A stretch of DNA of 64,000 nucleotides from Spirochaetia bacterium (GCA_038204425.1 JBBRCZ010000002.1:64001-128000); one strand, 5' to 3'; counted from the stretch's first letter, positions 21,029-31,618 are shown. Numbers and translations are program-made. The notes: generated by a model from the letters alone, not told the origin.

Positions 21029-21064
21029 TATGTTAGAATTGCATTATGTTAGAATTGTATTATG
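21029..21064 (+). repeat. 16-bp tandem duplication containing an extended -10 element
   Basis: TATGTTAGAATTGCAT / TATGTTAGAATTGTAT / TATG; the final ATG is the start codon at 21062. Confidence 0.85.
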
Positions 21065-22249
21065 ACTGATGCTAATTCCTCGCACGAACGTATACTTTTC
21101 TTGTACTTGCCGACCGGCGGTGGTCATTTGTCGACTGCGCGAGCTTTGGCCCGCGAAGTAGAAAACAACTATTCGCCGGATCAAGTAACGGCCTATGTGC
21201 TAGATGGAATGGAAAACAATTCTCCAGAACTGCGTGCTTTTGTAGAAAAGGGCTACACCTACGTCTCGGTCAAGATACCATTTCTTTGGAAGATCCTGTG
21301 GAAAACCTCAAACTCAAATGCCATCATGCGCTTACAAACTGATTTGATGCGTAGCACAACCACTGGTTTTTTGGCCCAGTTTATAGAAGAGAATAAGATT
21401 ACTCGGATAGTTATTTTGCACTTTCTCTTGTACCGGCCGGTGGTCTCTGCGCTCAAGCGCTTGGGCAAAGTCGATTTGCCGTTGGTAACGGTAGTTACCG
21501 ACCCGTTTAGCTTGCATCCCATTTGGAGTTTTCAACAAGAACACCCGATGCTGGTTTTTAGTGAAAAAGCACGCCTTACCTTGGAAAAACAACTAAACAA
21601 GCCACGAGCTCTTTTTTCTAAAAAAGACAATGATCCTCCTATGCTCAAGATTGTAGAACCCATTATTGATTCTCGATTCTCGACGCCTCTCAGCGAGGCT
21701 CAAAACCAACAAAATCGTAGCGACCAAGGCTTCGCCACAGACAAAAAGTTGGTATTGCTGGCTGGTGGTGGCGATGGCCTACCTAGAGGGCTGCAAGTCC
21801 TGCGTAAACTAGCCGCAAGTGCTGACGATTTTCAGATAGCTATGGTTTGTGGCAAGAACAAAGCCCAGTTTCAAAAAGCCTTGGCGATTAAGGAAAAATA
21901 CCCTCACAAAAACATCAAAATCTACGGCTTTGTTCGCATTATGTACGAACTAATGAACATGGCCGATGTGGTGGTAGCCAAAGGTGGCCCAGCAACCATT
22001 TTTGAAGTCTTGTCGCTGCGTAAGCCACTCTTTATCGCGAGCTACTTCTACGGCCAAGAGCAGGGGAATGTGGACTTTGTGGTTGAGAACGGCCTTGGAT
22101 GGTACGATTCTTCGGCGACAAGACTTGCGCAAAGTATAGTGCACCTGCTCAAACATCCCTTGCTTTTTCAGGAAGTCTCCGAACGCCTTAGCAAACAAGT
22201 GATTGGCAATGGAACAGCTGAAGTTATTAGGCAGGTTCTCAAACTCTAA
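21062..22249 (+). CDS. MGDG synthase / UgtP family glycosyltransferase (GT28)
   Basis: TGGGHLSTARAL, VTVVTD, GGGDG, KGGPATIFE, GQEQGN. Confidence 0.88.
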   Translation: MTDANSSHERILFLYLPTGGGHLSTARALAREVENNYSPDQVTAYVLDGMENNSPELRAFVEKGYTYVSVKIPFLWKILWKTSNSNAIMRLQTDLMRSTTTGFLAQFIEENKITRIVILHFLLYRPVVSALKRLGKVDLPLVTVVTDPFSLHPIWSFQQEHPMLVFSEKARLTLEKQLNKPRALFSKKDNDPPMLKIVEPIIDSRFSTPLSEAQNQQNRSDQGFATDKKLVLLAGGGDGLPRGLQVLRKLAASADDFQIAMVCGKNKAQFQKALAIKEKYPHKNIKIYGFVRIMYELMNMADVVVAKGGPATIFEVLSLRKPLFIASYFYGQEQGNVDFVVENGLGWYDSSATRLAQSIVHLLKHPLLFQEVSERLSKQVIGNGTAEVIRQVLKL

Positions 22250-22250
22250 A

Positions 22251-23471
22251 ATGTCCGAAACTCCAACACTAGCTGTCGTAAGGCTTAGCGCCGGACGTGA
22301 AAAAATGATCCTCAACTATCACCCTTGGGTCTTCTCTGGCGCTTTGGATCAGTCGTCTGGCAAAGCAGCCGCGCCGCCAGCAGGTACGGTGAGGCTTGAG
22401 GATCACCAAGGTTCATTTTTGGCCTGGGCTCAACACAACCCACAATCAAAAATTAGACTCAGAATCTATTCCTTGCTTCAGGATCAGTTTCCCAACCGAG
22501 ACTGGCTCAAATCCCAAGTTGCCACAGCTTGGCGACTGCGGCAGCAGGTTTGCGCCTCCACCAATGCTTATCGCTTGGTTTTTGCCGAATCAGATGGCAT
22601 ACCTGGCTTGGTTATCGATTGTTTTGGCGACTATTTGCTACTTCAAGTTGAAACAGCAGGAGCTCAAACCCTAGTTGAGGAATTGATCGCTTGCCTAGTA
22701 GAGCTGTCGCAAGAGTTTCTGCCAAGCCTCAAGGGAATCATAGAATCTTCTGATTCTGATGGACGAAGCCTTGAGGGCCTTAGTCCCCGCTACCAGCTAC
22801 ACTGGGGTAGGCAAGCTGATGCTGATTTGCAGATTAACGAATATAAGATACCGCTCGGACTTAGACTTGGGCAACAAAAGACGGGCTTTTACACCGACCA
22901 AAGAGAAAATCGCCACTTCGTAGCAAGTTTTGCCAGGGGCAAAAGCGTCCTCGATGCTTGTTGTTACTCTGGGGGATTTGCGGCTCATGCTTTGGGCGCC
23001 GGCGCAAGCCAGCTTACCTTGCTCGATTCCAGTCTTGCCGCCATTGAGCTCGCAAAGACCAATCTCGCCTTGCAGACCAGTCTCGATCACGTCAAGCGTG
23101 ACTTTATAGTGAGTGATGTCTTTAGCGGCTTACGAAGTCTTGTGACCCAAGGAAGCAGTTTTGGTCTGGTCGTGCTCGATCCACCCAAGTTGGCACCCAA
23201 CAAAGATAGTTTGCCGCGCGCTTTGCGTGCCTACAAAGATCTCAATCTACACGCCATCAAACTCGTTGAACCTGGCGGATATCTGGCAACTTTTTCTTGC
23301 AGCGGAGCAGTCAAAGACGACGACCTGCGACAAGTCATAGCCTTTGCGGCCAAAGACGCTGGCCGCCGGACCCAAGTACTTGCAAAATTGCAGCAAGGAC
23401 CTGATCATCCGAGCCCACTTGGCTTTGCCGAAAGCAGCTATCTCAAAGGATTTTTAGTGCGGATTCTCTAG
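22251..23471 (+). CDS. rlmI: RlmI-like class I SAM-dependent rRNA methyltransferase
   Basis: HPWVFSG, RLVFAESDGIPGLVID, QKTGFYTDQRENR, LDPPK, DHP. Confidence 0.85.
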   Translation: MSETPTLAVVRLSAGREKMILNYHPWVFSGALDQSSGKAAAPPAGTVRLEDHQGSFLAWAQHNPQSKIRLRIYSLLQDQFPNRDWLKSQVATAWRLRQQVCASTNAYRLVFAESDGIPGLVIDCFGDYLLLQVETAGAQTLVEELIACLVELSQEFLPSLKGIIESSDSDGRSLEGLSPRYQLHWGRQADADLQINEYKIPLGLRLGQQKTGFYTDQRENRHFVASFARGKSVLDACCYSGGFAAHALGAGASQLTLLDSSLAAIELAKTNLALQTSLDHVKRDFIVSDVFSGLRSLVTQGSSFGLVVLDPPKLAPNKDSLPRALRAYKDLNLHAIKLVEPGGYLATFSCSGAVKDDDLRQVIAFAAKDAGRRTQVLAKLQQGPDHPSPLGFAESSYLKGFLVRIL

Positions 23472-23533
23472 TTTTTTTGACTTATTCGAGTCAAAATTTT
23501 ACAAATTGTATGGTCTTGTTTTAGAATTACAAG

Positions 23534-25447
23534 ATGCACGAATCTGGTCTCATGAGCCAAACACGTCAAAGCGAAGAAGAACTACGCAAAGAAATTAGCC
23601 TGCTCAAGTCGCAGTTGGCGCATCGAGATAGAGATCTACGACGCGCCATGAGCAAGTTAGACAAGATAGTTGAGTTTGGCATTGCAATTTCTGCCGAACA
23701 GGATATCAACCGTTTGGTTGAGACTATTTTGCAAGGTGCCAAAGACTTGGCACACGCCGACGGTGGCAGTCTCTATTTGCTCAATCAAAAAAATCAACTT
23801 GAATTTCAGATAGTGCTCAATGACAGTTTGAGCATCCGACAAGGTGGCTGCAGCCAAAAGCCCATCACTCTGCCACCGGTCGACTTGTTTGATGCCGCGG
23901 GCAAGCCCAATAATAGTAACGTGGTTAGTCATGCCTACTTTAGTGGTCAAACCATCAACATTGCCGATGCCTACGAAGTTGAACACTTTGATTTTTCTGG
24001 TACACGACGTTTTGACTTGCAAAACGGCTATCGTTCACAGTCGTTTTTGACCATTCCTCTTCGTCCACGCGGCGGCGGTATAATTGGAGCCTTGCAACTT
24101 ATAAATGCTCACGACAGTGAGCTGGAAATGCTGGATCAAGACACCATCAGAGTTTTTACGCCCGAGATGCAACGATTTGTTGAAGCCCTAGCTGCCGAAG
24201 CAGCGACAGCCCTCTACAATAGAGACTTGCTGGAAACTCAAAAAAAGCTCTTTGAGAATCAAAAGCAATTGTTTGATGCCATGATCAATTTTATCGCCGA
24301 TGCAATTGATGCTAAGAGCCACTATACTGGCTCACACTGCAAACGCGTGCCCGAACTTGCCCTTATGATAGTTGAGGCCGCTTGCCAGGTCAAAGAAGGC
24401 CCGTTAGCTGATTTTGACTTTAAGACCGAAGATGAGTGGTATGAGTTTAAGGTAGCGGCACTTCTCCACGATTGTGGTAAGGTCACAACGCCAGAGTTTG
24501 TAGTGGATAAAGCGTCCAAGTTGGAGACAATTAGCAACCGTATTCATGAGATTAGGACTCGTTTTGAAGTTTTACATCGCGATGCGCGCGTCAGCTATTT
24601 AGAAAAACTCCTAGTAGGCCAGGATGCGGCCGATTGTGCGCAGCAACTGAAAGTCGAGTATCAGAAGCTCTACGATGACTTTGAATTTGTTGCCTCATGC
24701 AATTTGGGCGAGGACTTTATGAGTCCAGCGCGCATTAAGCGTTTACAAGAAATATCTCAAAAAAATTGGGTCCGCCACTTTGATGACCGTTTGGGTCTCA
24801 GCTGGGAAGAACAACGCCGCTTTGACGAAGTTCCGCAAGAAAGTCTGCCCTATAGTGAGCTGCTTATTGCCGACAAGCCCGAACACATAATCAGACGCAA
24901 AGAAGAATTTTACTCTCGATACGTTGGCCATGACTTTACCTTACCCGTCCCCGAGCATTTATATAACAATGGCGAACTCTACAATCTAAGTATCGCCTGG
25001 GGCACGCTCAATACCGAAGAACGCTTTAAAATTAACGAGCACATTATGCAGACAATTGTTATGTTGGAACGTCTGCCACTGCCCGAAGGACTCAAAAAAG
25101 TGCCCCATTTTGCCGGTACCCATCATGAGAATCTGCTTGGAACCGGTTACCCACGCAACCTAAAAGCTGAGCAACTGTCTATCCCGGCCCGCATTATGAC
25201 CATCGCTGATATATTTGAAGCCCTAACTGCAGCTGATCGTCCCTACAAAAAACCAAAGGCACTTTCTAACTGCTTGACCATACTCTACAATTTTAAAAAA
25301 GAAGGACTGATAGACCCTGTCATTTTTGACCTGTTTTTGACCTCGGGAATCTACCGCCGCTATGCTGAGGAATATCTCAAACCCGACCAAGTTGATGAGG
25401 TGGATATACAACAATTTCTCGACAGGCAAGGATCGCTTCTGCTATAG
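23534..25447 (+). CDS. GAF + HD-GYP cyclic-dinucleotide phosphodiesterase
   Basis: GAF region (ADGGSLYL, GYRSQSFLTIPL), HCKRV, LHDCGK, HHE, GYP, ADIFEALTAADRPYK. Confidence 0.92.
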   Translation: MHESGLMSQTRQSEEELRKEISLLKSQLAHRDRDLRRAMSKLDKIVEFGIAISAEQDINRLVETILQGAKDLAHADGGSLYLLNQKNQLEFQIVLNDSLSIRQGGCSQKPITLPPVDLFDAAGKPNNSNVVSHAYFSGQTINIADAYEVEHFDFSGTRRFDLQNGYRSQSFLTIPLRPRGGGIIGALQLINAHDSELEMLDQDTIRVFTPEMQRFVEALAAEAATALYNRDLLETQKKLFENQKQLFDAMINFIADAIDAKSHYTGSHCKRVPELALMIVEAACQVKEGPLADFDFKTEDEWYEFKVAALLHDCGKVTTPEFVVDKASKLETISNRIHEIRTRFEVLHRDARVSYLEKLLVGQDAADCAQQLKVEYQKLYDDFEFVASCNLGEDFMSPARIKRLQEISQKNWVRHFDDRLGLSWEEQRRFDEVPQESLPYSELLIADKPEHIIRRKEEFYSRYVGHDFTLPVPEHLYNNGELYNLSIAWGTLNTEERFKINEHIMQTIVMLERLPLPEGLKKVPHFAGTHHENLLGTGYPRNLKAEQLSIPARIMTIADIFEALTAADRPYKKPKALSNCLTILYNFKKEGLIDPVIFDLFLTSGIYRRYAEEYLKPDQVDEVDIQQFLDRQGSLLL

Positions 25448-25467
25448 TACGACAGCAGGAGTTTTGC

Positions 25468-26538
25468 GTGAAAATAAGCCCATCCACCCTTTTACAGCTG
25501 CCGTCAGGTGCCACTGGTCTGTTTTTGCATGAGGCCCACAGTCACCGTCGGCAGGTAGAAAAACTCAATCAACTTTATGATTCCTGGGCCTATCTGCCTG
25601 TCCATACTCCATTGTTGGATTTTTCGGAAGCCTACACTGGCCTAGTTTCTGAGGCAGATGCCAAACGAGTCTATCAAATGTTTGACCGCGACGGCCACCT
25701 TTTGATGCTGCGCTGGGATATAACCTTGTTTTTGGTCAAACAGATCCGCAGCATGCTCAGTCCAAAGTGCCCGGTGCTGCGCTTGTGTTACGCCGATAGT
25801 ATTATGCGCCATGAAGACGCAGAAGATATCGCACGGAATGAGTTTTTTCAAACGGGCGTCGAACTAATTGGCAAACCTGGCTTGGAAGGCGATTTGGAAG
25901 TGCTTTTGCTCTTGCAACAAGCCTTTGAAGCCTTGCGACTGCGGCCTTCTGTCCACGTTGGAAGCCATTCTCTGATTGATGCGGTCAGTACCGAGCTCAA
26001 TTCTTTGCAAAAAGAAGAACTATCTCACGCTATAAAGTATCGAGACCAAGCCCAGATAGAGGCTCTTTTGGGCCCCAACCTGGCAAGTGACGCCAAGCTT
26101 TTTAGTTTAATTTGTCCAGCCGCACAAGCCCCAGAAGTTTTGGCGCCTCACCTAAAAAGTATAAAGCCAGCCAGTCGAGACGCTGTTGAACAACTATTGA
26201 CTCTCTTGTCCAATCTTCTTGACATAGAACCAAGTTTTGACCTGCACCTAGATTGCTCCGAAATTGGCAGCCAAGGTTACCACTCAGGCATGGTTTTTCA
26301 GGCCTACCTAGACGGAATTTCTGGCCCAGCTGCCGCCGGCGGGCGTTATGATCGGCTGCTTGAACGCTTGGGAAGCCCATCTCCAGCGGCTGGTTTTAGC
26401 ATAATGCTCAGTCGTTTGTTGGCTGTTTTGCCAGAAAGCGCTCAATCAGAATTATATCACGCACAAGGAAGCACCTTCCAAGAGCGTGTCGCCGACGCCA
26501 AACGTGAGCGTCAACAAGGAAGAAGGGTCAGCCTGTGA
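25468..26538 (+). CDS. hisZ: ATP phosphoribosyltransferase regulatory subunit
   Basis: LRWDIT, EFFQTGVELIG, YHSGMVF, GGRYD; directly upstream of a short hisG. Confidence 0.92.
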   Translation: MKISPSTLLQLPSGATGLFLHEAHSHRRQVEKLNQLYDSWAYLPVHTPLLDFSEAYTGLVSEADAKRVYQMFDRDGHLLMLRWDITLFLVKQIRSMLSPKCPVLRLCYADSIMRHEDAEDIARNEFFQTGVELIGKPGLEGDLEVLLLLQQAFEALRLRPSVHVGSHSLIDAVSTELNSLQKEELSHAIKYRDQAQIEALLGPNLASDAKLFSLICPAAQAPEVLAPHLKSIKPASRDAVEQLLTLLSNLLDIEPSFDLHLDCSEIGSQGYHSGMVFQAYLDGISGPAAAGGRYDRLLERLGSPSPAAGFSIMLSRLLAVLPESAQSELYHAQGSTFQERVADAKRERQQGRRVSL

Positions 26539-27200
26539 AAGAGCTAGTCACTACAAAAAACACCAGCCCACTGACTTTTGCCTTGCCTAAGGGGCGTCTC
26601 GAGGACCAGGTTAGAGAGCATTTTGGCGCGCGCGATATCTTGTTTTCATTTTCCGACAGAAAGCTGGTCACTGAAGACTCAAAGGGCTACTTTTCACTAA
26701 TGCTGGTAAAGAACGCGGACTTGCCAACTTATGTTATGCATGGCATTGCTGGGCTTGGTGTTTGCGGTGAAGATGTGCTCTATGAGGCAAGCTCCAAGCT
26801 CATTAAACTAAAACAACTGCCCTTTGGATCCACGCGAATGTGCCTTGCCGCCACTAAAGAGCTGAGTCAACAGATCAAAGCTCTGGGCGACTGGACAAGC
26901 GCTCTACGTCAAGGAAGTCTGCGAGTCGCCAGTAAATTTACGCGCTTTAGTCGAGACTATTTTCATAGCCTTGGAATCCCTGTCGACTTGATAAAGCTCA
27001 ACGGCAGCGTAGAATTGGCACCAGTGCTTGGTTTGGCACCCTTTATTGTCGATCTTGTAGAAACAGGATCCACGCTCAAGGCCAACGATCTGGAGGTTGT
27101 TGCTGTCTTGCAGGAGATAAAGGTATATTTGGTTGCTAATCCAGCCTACTACAAACAACACTATCGTCGCATTGACGAACTTGTAGGTCTCTTGGATTAG
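26535..27200 (+). CDS. hisG: ATP phosphoribosyltransferase (short form)
   Basis: ALPKGRL, GSVELAP, IVDLVETGSTLKANDL. Confidence 0.96.
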   Translation: MKELVTTKNTSPLTFALPKGRLEDQVREHFGARDILFSFSDRKLVTEDSKGYFSLMLVKNADLPTYVMHGIAGLGVCGEDVLYEASSKLIKLKQLPFGSTRMCLAATKELSQQIKALGDWTSALRQGSLRVASKFTRFSRDYFHSLGIPVDLIKLNGSVELAPVLGLAPFIVDLVETGSTLKANDLEVVAVLQEIKVYLVANPAYYKQHYRRIDELVGLLD

Positions 27201-27232
27201 AGCGTGTTAAACATGTAATGAGGGAGAAAACC

Positions 27233-27841
27233 ATGCCACAAGCCAAAGATTCAGGCATCCAGGTCAGCCGAAGCACTAAAGAAACCGCCATAGACTTGAT
27301 ACTCGATTTTGACAAGCCAGCAGAGCTTTCTTTTAGTTTTGGCCTGCCATTTTTTGAACACATGCTGCATGCTATGGCTTTTCACGGGGGCTTTGGGCTC
27401 AAAATCAAAGCCAAGGGCGACCTAGAAGTTGATCCTCACCACTTAGTGGAAGATCTCGGTTTGGTTCTTGGTCAAGCGCTCAGTCAATATCTTGACCAAA
27501 TCGGCGCCGTTGATCGTTACGGATCCAGTATAATTCCGATGGATGACGCGCTGTCCGAGGCAGTGATAGACGTCTGTCGCCGTCCTTACTTGGTATACCA
27601 AGCACAGCTTCCTCAGACCCATGCAGGAACCTTTGATTTAAGTCTACTGCGTGAGTTCTTTTTGGCACTTGCCAACACAGCGCGCATTAACCTACATCTC
27701 AATTGCCGCTATGGCGTCAACTCACATCACATGGTGGAGTCGCTGTTTAAGGCCTTGGGTAGAGCCATCAAGCAAGCATATCTTCCACGGCTTGACGACA
27801 AAAAAGGTACCGCGAGCATGAGCACTAAGGGAGCTATCTGA
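27233..27841 (+). CDS. hisB: Imidazoleglycerol-phosphate dehydratase
   Basis: RSTKET, FFEHML, DPHHLVED, PMDD, NSHHMVESLFKA, STKG. Confidence 0.96.
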   Translation: MPQAKDSGIQVSRSTKETAIDLILDFDKPAELSFSFGLPFFEHMLHAMAFHGGFGLKIKAKGDLEVDPHHLVEDLGLVLGQALSQYLDQIGAVDRYGSSIIPMDDALSEAVIDVCRRPYLVYQAQLPQTHAGTFDLSLLREFFLALANTARINLHLNCRYGVNSHHMVESLFKALGRAIKQAYLPRLDDKKGTASMSTKGAI

Positions 27842-29223
27842 TTGAAATAAAACCTAAAGCGTCATTCCTAGACCTAAGTTTTATTGCATCACTTCTAGTG
27901 CTTTCTGGCCCAATAGTAGCGCAAAACTTGATGGTTGCTGCTCTTGGAGCAACCGACATTTTTATGGTTGGTGCACTTGGCCCGGAGGCAGTTGCTGGAC
28001 TTGGCTTTGCAAACCAACTGGGCTTTCTCTTTACCTTGTTGCTGTTTGCAACTAGCTCTACCGCCTCGGTCTTCTATGCACGTTTTCTGTCCTCGGGTGA
28101 ACTTGAATCTAATAAGCTTATAGAAAGTTTTGCGCTAATAGTTACCTTGATTTTAGCCACTGGTTTTTTTTTGATAGCGAGATTTTTTTCGCAAACGTTT
28201 TTGTCTTTTTACTCAAATGATCTAGAAGCCATTGCTTATGGTAGAGACTACCTATCGATCTTGGCCTTTAGTTATCCGCTTTACGCTTTGAGTTTCCATT
28301 ATACAACGGTCTTGCGAACCAGCCACAAGACGGTTCTGCCAATGATAGTTGGCAGCCTAAGCTTGCTCTTAAACACTTTTGGAAACTGGTTGCTCATTTT
28401 TGGAAAACTTGGCGCTCCCGCCCTCGGTGTCCGCGGTGCCGGCCTAGCCAGTCTCCTGGCACGTTTTTTAGAGTGCATTATTTTGTTGGCCGTAGTTTTC
28501 CGCGGTAGCACACGCCAGGTCCTTGGTGGCCTTGGTTTGCGACGCCCGCTTGGTTCTAGCAAATTGCTGGCCTTGTTTGCAAGGACTGGCCTGCCGGTTT
28601 TAGCCAACGAAAGCCTCTGGTCACTTGCCGTAACTGCCTATCAAGCCATTTATGGACGAGTGGGTACCCTTCAGGCAGCCGCGGCGCAAATCGTCGTATC
28701 TATGGAGCAACTAGTGCTGATGGCTTTCTTTGGTATCTCCAGTGGCGCCGCGATCTTGATTGGTAACTCAATCGGAGCAGGAAAGATAGACCAAGCTCAA
28801 GCACATGGCATACAGGTTATCCGATTTGCCGTTGTGGGTGCGATGCTTGGCAGTTTGGTTTTGGCTATTGTAGGCTTATGGGTATTACCGGCCTTTGGCC
28901 AACCAGAGACGGTACTTGGGTTTGCAAAGCAAATACTTTTGGTATTGTCTATCTTTTTGTGTATGAAGATTGGCAACGCTTTGATGATAGCCGGCGTATT
29001 TCGGGCCGGTGGCGACACAAAGTTTTGCCTCTTTTTGGAAGGCGGTTTATTGTGGGGCTTTGGCATCCCACTGACCGCCCTAGTTGGCTTGGTGCTCAAG
29101 CTAGATGTCTGGGCCATTTGCTTGAGTATTTCTCTAGAAGAGCTGCTAAAATTTGGCTTCGCATGGAAGAGACTAGTTTCTGGCAAGTGGATAAAGGCAT
29201 TAGATACACCACTTAGGACATAA
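27838..29223 (+). CDS. MATE family efflux transporter (start uncertain: 27838/27841 non-canonical, or 27898)
   Basis: About 12 TM; DIFMVGALG, LGVRGAGLAS, FRAGGDTK, SGKW. Confidence 0.9.
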   Translation: MIEIKPKASFLDLSFIASLLVLSGPIVAQNLMVAALGATDIFMVGALGPEAVAGLGFANQLGFLFTLLLFATSSTASVFYARFLSSGELESNKLIESFALIVTLILATGFFLIARFFSQTFLSFYSNDLEAIAYGRDYLSILAFSYPLYALSFHYTTVLRTSHKTVLPMIVGSLSLLLNTFGNWLLIFGKLGAPALGVRGAGLASLLARFLECIILLAVVFRGSTRQVLGGLGLRRPLGSSKLLALFARTGLPVLANESLWSLAVTAYQAIYGRVGTLQAAAAQIVVSMEQLVLMAFFGISSGAAILIGNSIGAGKIDQAQAHGIQVIRFAVVGAMLGSLVLAIVGLWVLPAFGQPETVLGFAKQILLVLSIFLCMKIGNALMIAGVFRAGGDTKFCLFLEGGLLWGFGIPLTALVGLVLKLDVWAICLSISLEELLKFGFAWKRLVSGKWIKALDTPLRT

Positions 29224-29310
29224 AAACAGGAGAATCATTCAAAAATGTAGATTTTTTGTTGATTTTGTTGCATTTAGACGTGGAGTGAATTAAAATTATG
29301 CGGAAATGGT

Positions 29311-29694
29311 ATGGGTGAGTTTAAAAAAGTAGATCGATCACAGCTTTTCATCAAGACGGTAGAAAAAACCCAGCCAAAGCTGACCGGAGAGCAGAGAGCG
29401 CAGCTCATTCGGCGCGGTAACGAGATGCTAAACGCGGGCAATTTAGATGCCGCAGAACGCGTGTTTGTTACCTGTGCCTATGGAGATGGTCTTGTTCGAC
29501 TTGGGGATGTGTTTTACAAACGGGCCGACTATATAAGGGCCATAAATTTGTACCTCAAGGCACCTGATTCTGTCAGGGTGGGCAAGGCTGCCAAACGAAT
29601 GTCGCTAGTGCTGCGGCAGTGGTTGATAGAGTCCGGTGGCGTGGTGCCAGAAGCCAAGCCAGCATCAAAGCGGCCTGATGATCAAACGCTGTAG
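29311..29694 (+). CDS. Hypothetical protein with TPR-like helices
   Basis: LIRRGNEMLNAGNLDAAERVF...LVRLGDVFYKRADY. Confidence 0.75.
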   Translation: MGEFKKVDRSQLFIKTVEKTQPKLTGEQRAQLIRRGNEMLNAGNLDAAERVFVTCAYGDGLVRLGDVFYKRADYIRAINLYLKAPDSVRVGKAAKRMSLVLRQWLIESGGVVPEAKPASKRPDDQTL

Positions 29695-29724
29695 CATTGC
29701 TCTAAGTACGGGAAGGATGAGGCA

Positions 29725-30894
29725 ATGTCAGAATACAAAAAAGAAGCCCCGATTCACCACGGTGATGAGTCAAAACGACCAAGTCTTGATGGCAGCGACC
29801 AACACCAACTAGATCATATCGCCGAAACAAGTCGGCAAGGTTATCATTTTCTTAAAACCAACCAGCTGAGTGAAGCCATAAACTGCTTTCGCACCATACT
29901 AGAAGAAAAGCCTGATAATAATTACGCTTTGGTTGGCATTGGCGATGCTTATCGAAAAAAGAAACGTTATTCAGAAGCCGCTGTCTATTATCAACATTGT
30001 CTATCCCTTTTTCCAAAGAACAACTACGCCCTTTTTGGCTTGGCAGACTGCTATCGCAATCTTAAGCAGTTTCATCGCGCTATAGAGGTTTGGGAGTCCT
30101 ATTTGGCCTTGGATGACCGTAATGTCACGGTACTGACGCGCATCGCTGATGCCTATCGCAAGGTGCGCAATCAAGAGCGTTCTCGAGAGATTTACATGCA
30201 GGTACTCAACATGGAACCAGAAAATGCCTATGCTATTATTGGTTTGGGACACCTCTACTATGACTTTAAAGAATATAGTCAGGCACTCGATTATTGGGAA
30301 CGTATGCATACTATGCATGGCGAAAACGTTGACATTAGGGTTCTGACTTCGCTTGGCAACTGTCACCGAAAGCTAAAAACATTTCACGACGGCATTCCTT
30401 ATTTTGAAACTGCCTTGCATCGAGACCGAAGCAATTTTTACGCTTTGTTTGGATTGGCTGACTGCTACCGTGGTATGAACAAACAGGAGCAAAGTTTAGA
30501 CTACTGGAACCGAATTCTCAATCAAGATCCCCATAACAAAGTGATTCTCACACGGGCCGGAGATGCGTACCGAAAAATAGGCGATGTTTTTAATGCCAAG
30601 GATTACTACCACCGCGCACTTAACATCGACTACGATATCTATGCCGTTTTGGGCTTGGCTTTAATTCACAAGTTTGAAGGGCTCTACGGTCAAGCTGTAG
30701 AAAGCATGGAGACGGTTTTGACGGCCGATCAGAGATTACAACGCCTCTATCCTGACATTTTAGAGTGTTACATAAAACTTGGCGACAGGGCAGGGCAGCA
30801 GGACATAATTTCGCGCTTTAATGGCGTCCGTCAGGTTTCGACCTATGTTCAAGAGAGCTTTGATAGGCTGCGAAGTCTAGCCATGGTTAACTGA
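29725..30894 (+). CDS. Tetratricopeptide repeat protein
   Basis: Repeated 34-aa units (NNYALVGIGDAYR, NYALFGLADCYR, NAYAIIGLGHLY). Confidence 0.92.
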   Translation: MSEYKKEAPIHHGDESKRPSLDGSDQHQLDHIAETSRQGYHFLKTNQLSEAINCFRTILEEKPDNNYALVGIGDAYRKKKRYSEAAVYYQHCLSLFPKNNYALFGLADCYRNLKQFHRAIEVWESYLALDDRNVTVLTRIADAYRKVRNQERSREIYMQVLNMEPENAYAIIGLGHLYYDFKEYSQALDYWERMHTMHGENVDIRVLTSLGNCHRKLKTFHDGIPYFETALHRDRSNFYALFGLADCYRGMNKQEQSLDYWNRILNQDPHNKVILTRAGDAYRKIGDVFNAKDYYHRALNIDYDIYAVLGLALIHKFEGLYGQAVESMETVLTADQRLQRLYPDILECYIKLGDRAGQQDIISRFNGVRQVSTYVQESFDRLRSLAMVN

Positions 30895-30934
30895 GCAGCT
30901 AAGCTGACAAGCAGCTAACTAGCTATCGATCGGC

Positions 30935-31618
30935 TTACTTCTTTATGAAGTTTTGTGAAAAGCCAGTCGTAGGCCGGTCTTGTAGACCCCAGGGCATATC
31001 CAGTATTGAAATTTGCGGATAGCGTGCTGCCAATAGTCGGCGCGTGTCTTTGACTATAGTTGGGTGGCATGCTGGATCTTGGACGTAAATTATGCCCGCA
31101 ATCTGGCACTGTTCGGCTATCAAGCGATCAAGACTCAGGATAGTATGATTGATGCTACCAAGCCGTCCGGAACTTACCAACAAAACCTGACAAGCCCTTT
31201 CCTTAATAAAATCAATAGTATAATAGTCGTCGCTTAGCGGCACCATAATGCCACCTGCACCTTCTATCAACACAATTTCATACTTACTGCTAAAACTATC
31301 AAACCTGGCGTGTACCTGCTCAGGAGAAAACCGTCGCCCTTCTATGTGGGCGGCAAGATGGGGAGACGCCGCAAAGCCAAATACAAACGGACAGGTGCTA
31401 GTATCCTTGTCAATGTCAGTTAAGTCCATGCCCATTATCGAACGATGTGTTTGAATATCCTCTGAGACACCTATCCCACCGGTTTGAACTATCTTACTGG
31501 TCATGCAGGAAATCCCGCGTTCTAAAAGATCGCGAGCCAAGAGCCCACAGGCCCAAGTCTTGCCTATATTGGTGTCGATGCCGGTAACAAAGTATTCTCT
31601 GGCTCGTTGAATCTTCAT
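30935..31618 (-). CDS. bioD: Dethiobiotin synthase
   Basis: FVTGIDTNIGKT, SPHLAA, EGAGGIMVPL, LGSINHT. Confidence 0.95.
   Translation of the reverse strand: MKIQRAREYFVTGIDTNIGKTWACGLLARDLLERGISCMTSKIVQTGGIGVSEDIQTHRSIMGMDLTDIDKDTSTCPFVFGFAASPHLAAHIEGRRFSPEQVHARFDSFSSKYEIVLIEGAGGIMVPLSDDYYTIDFIKERACQVLLVSSGRLGSINHTILSLDRLIAEQCQIAGIIYVQDPACHPTIVKDTRRLLAARYPQISILDMPWGLQDRPTTGFSQNFIKK

Noticed and set aside
5015..27841. his genes split into two clusters
   Set aside because: Scattered his genes are common and not informative by themselves
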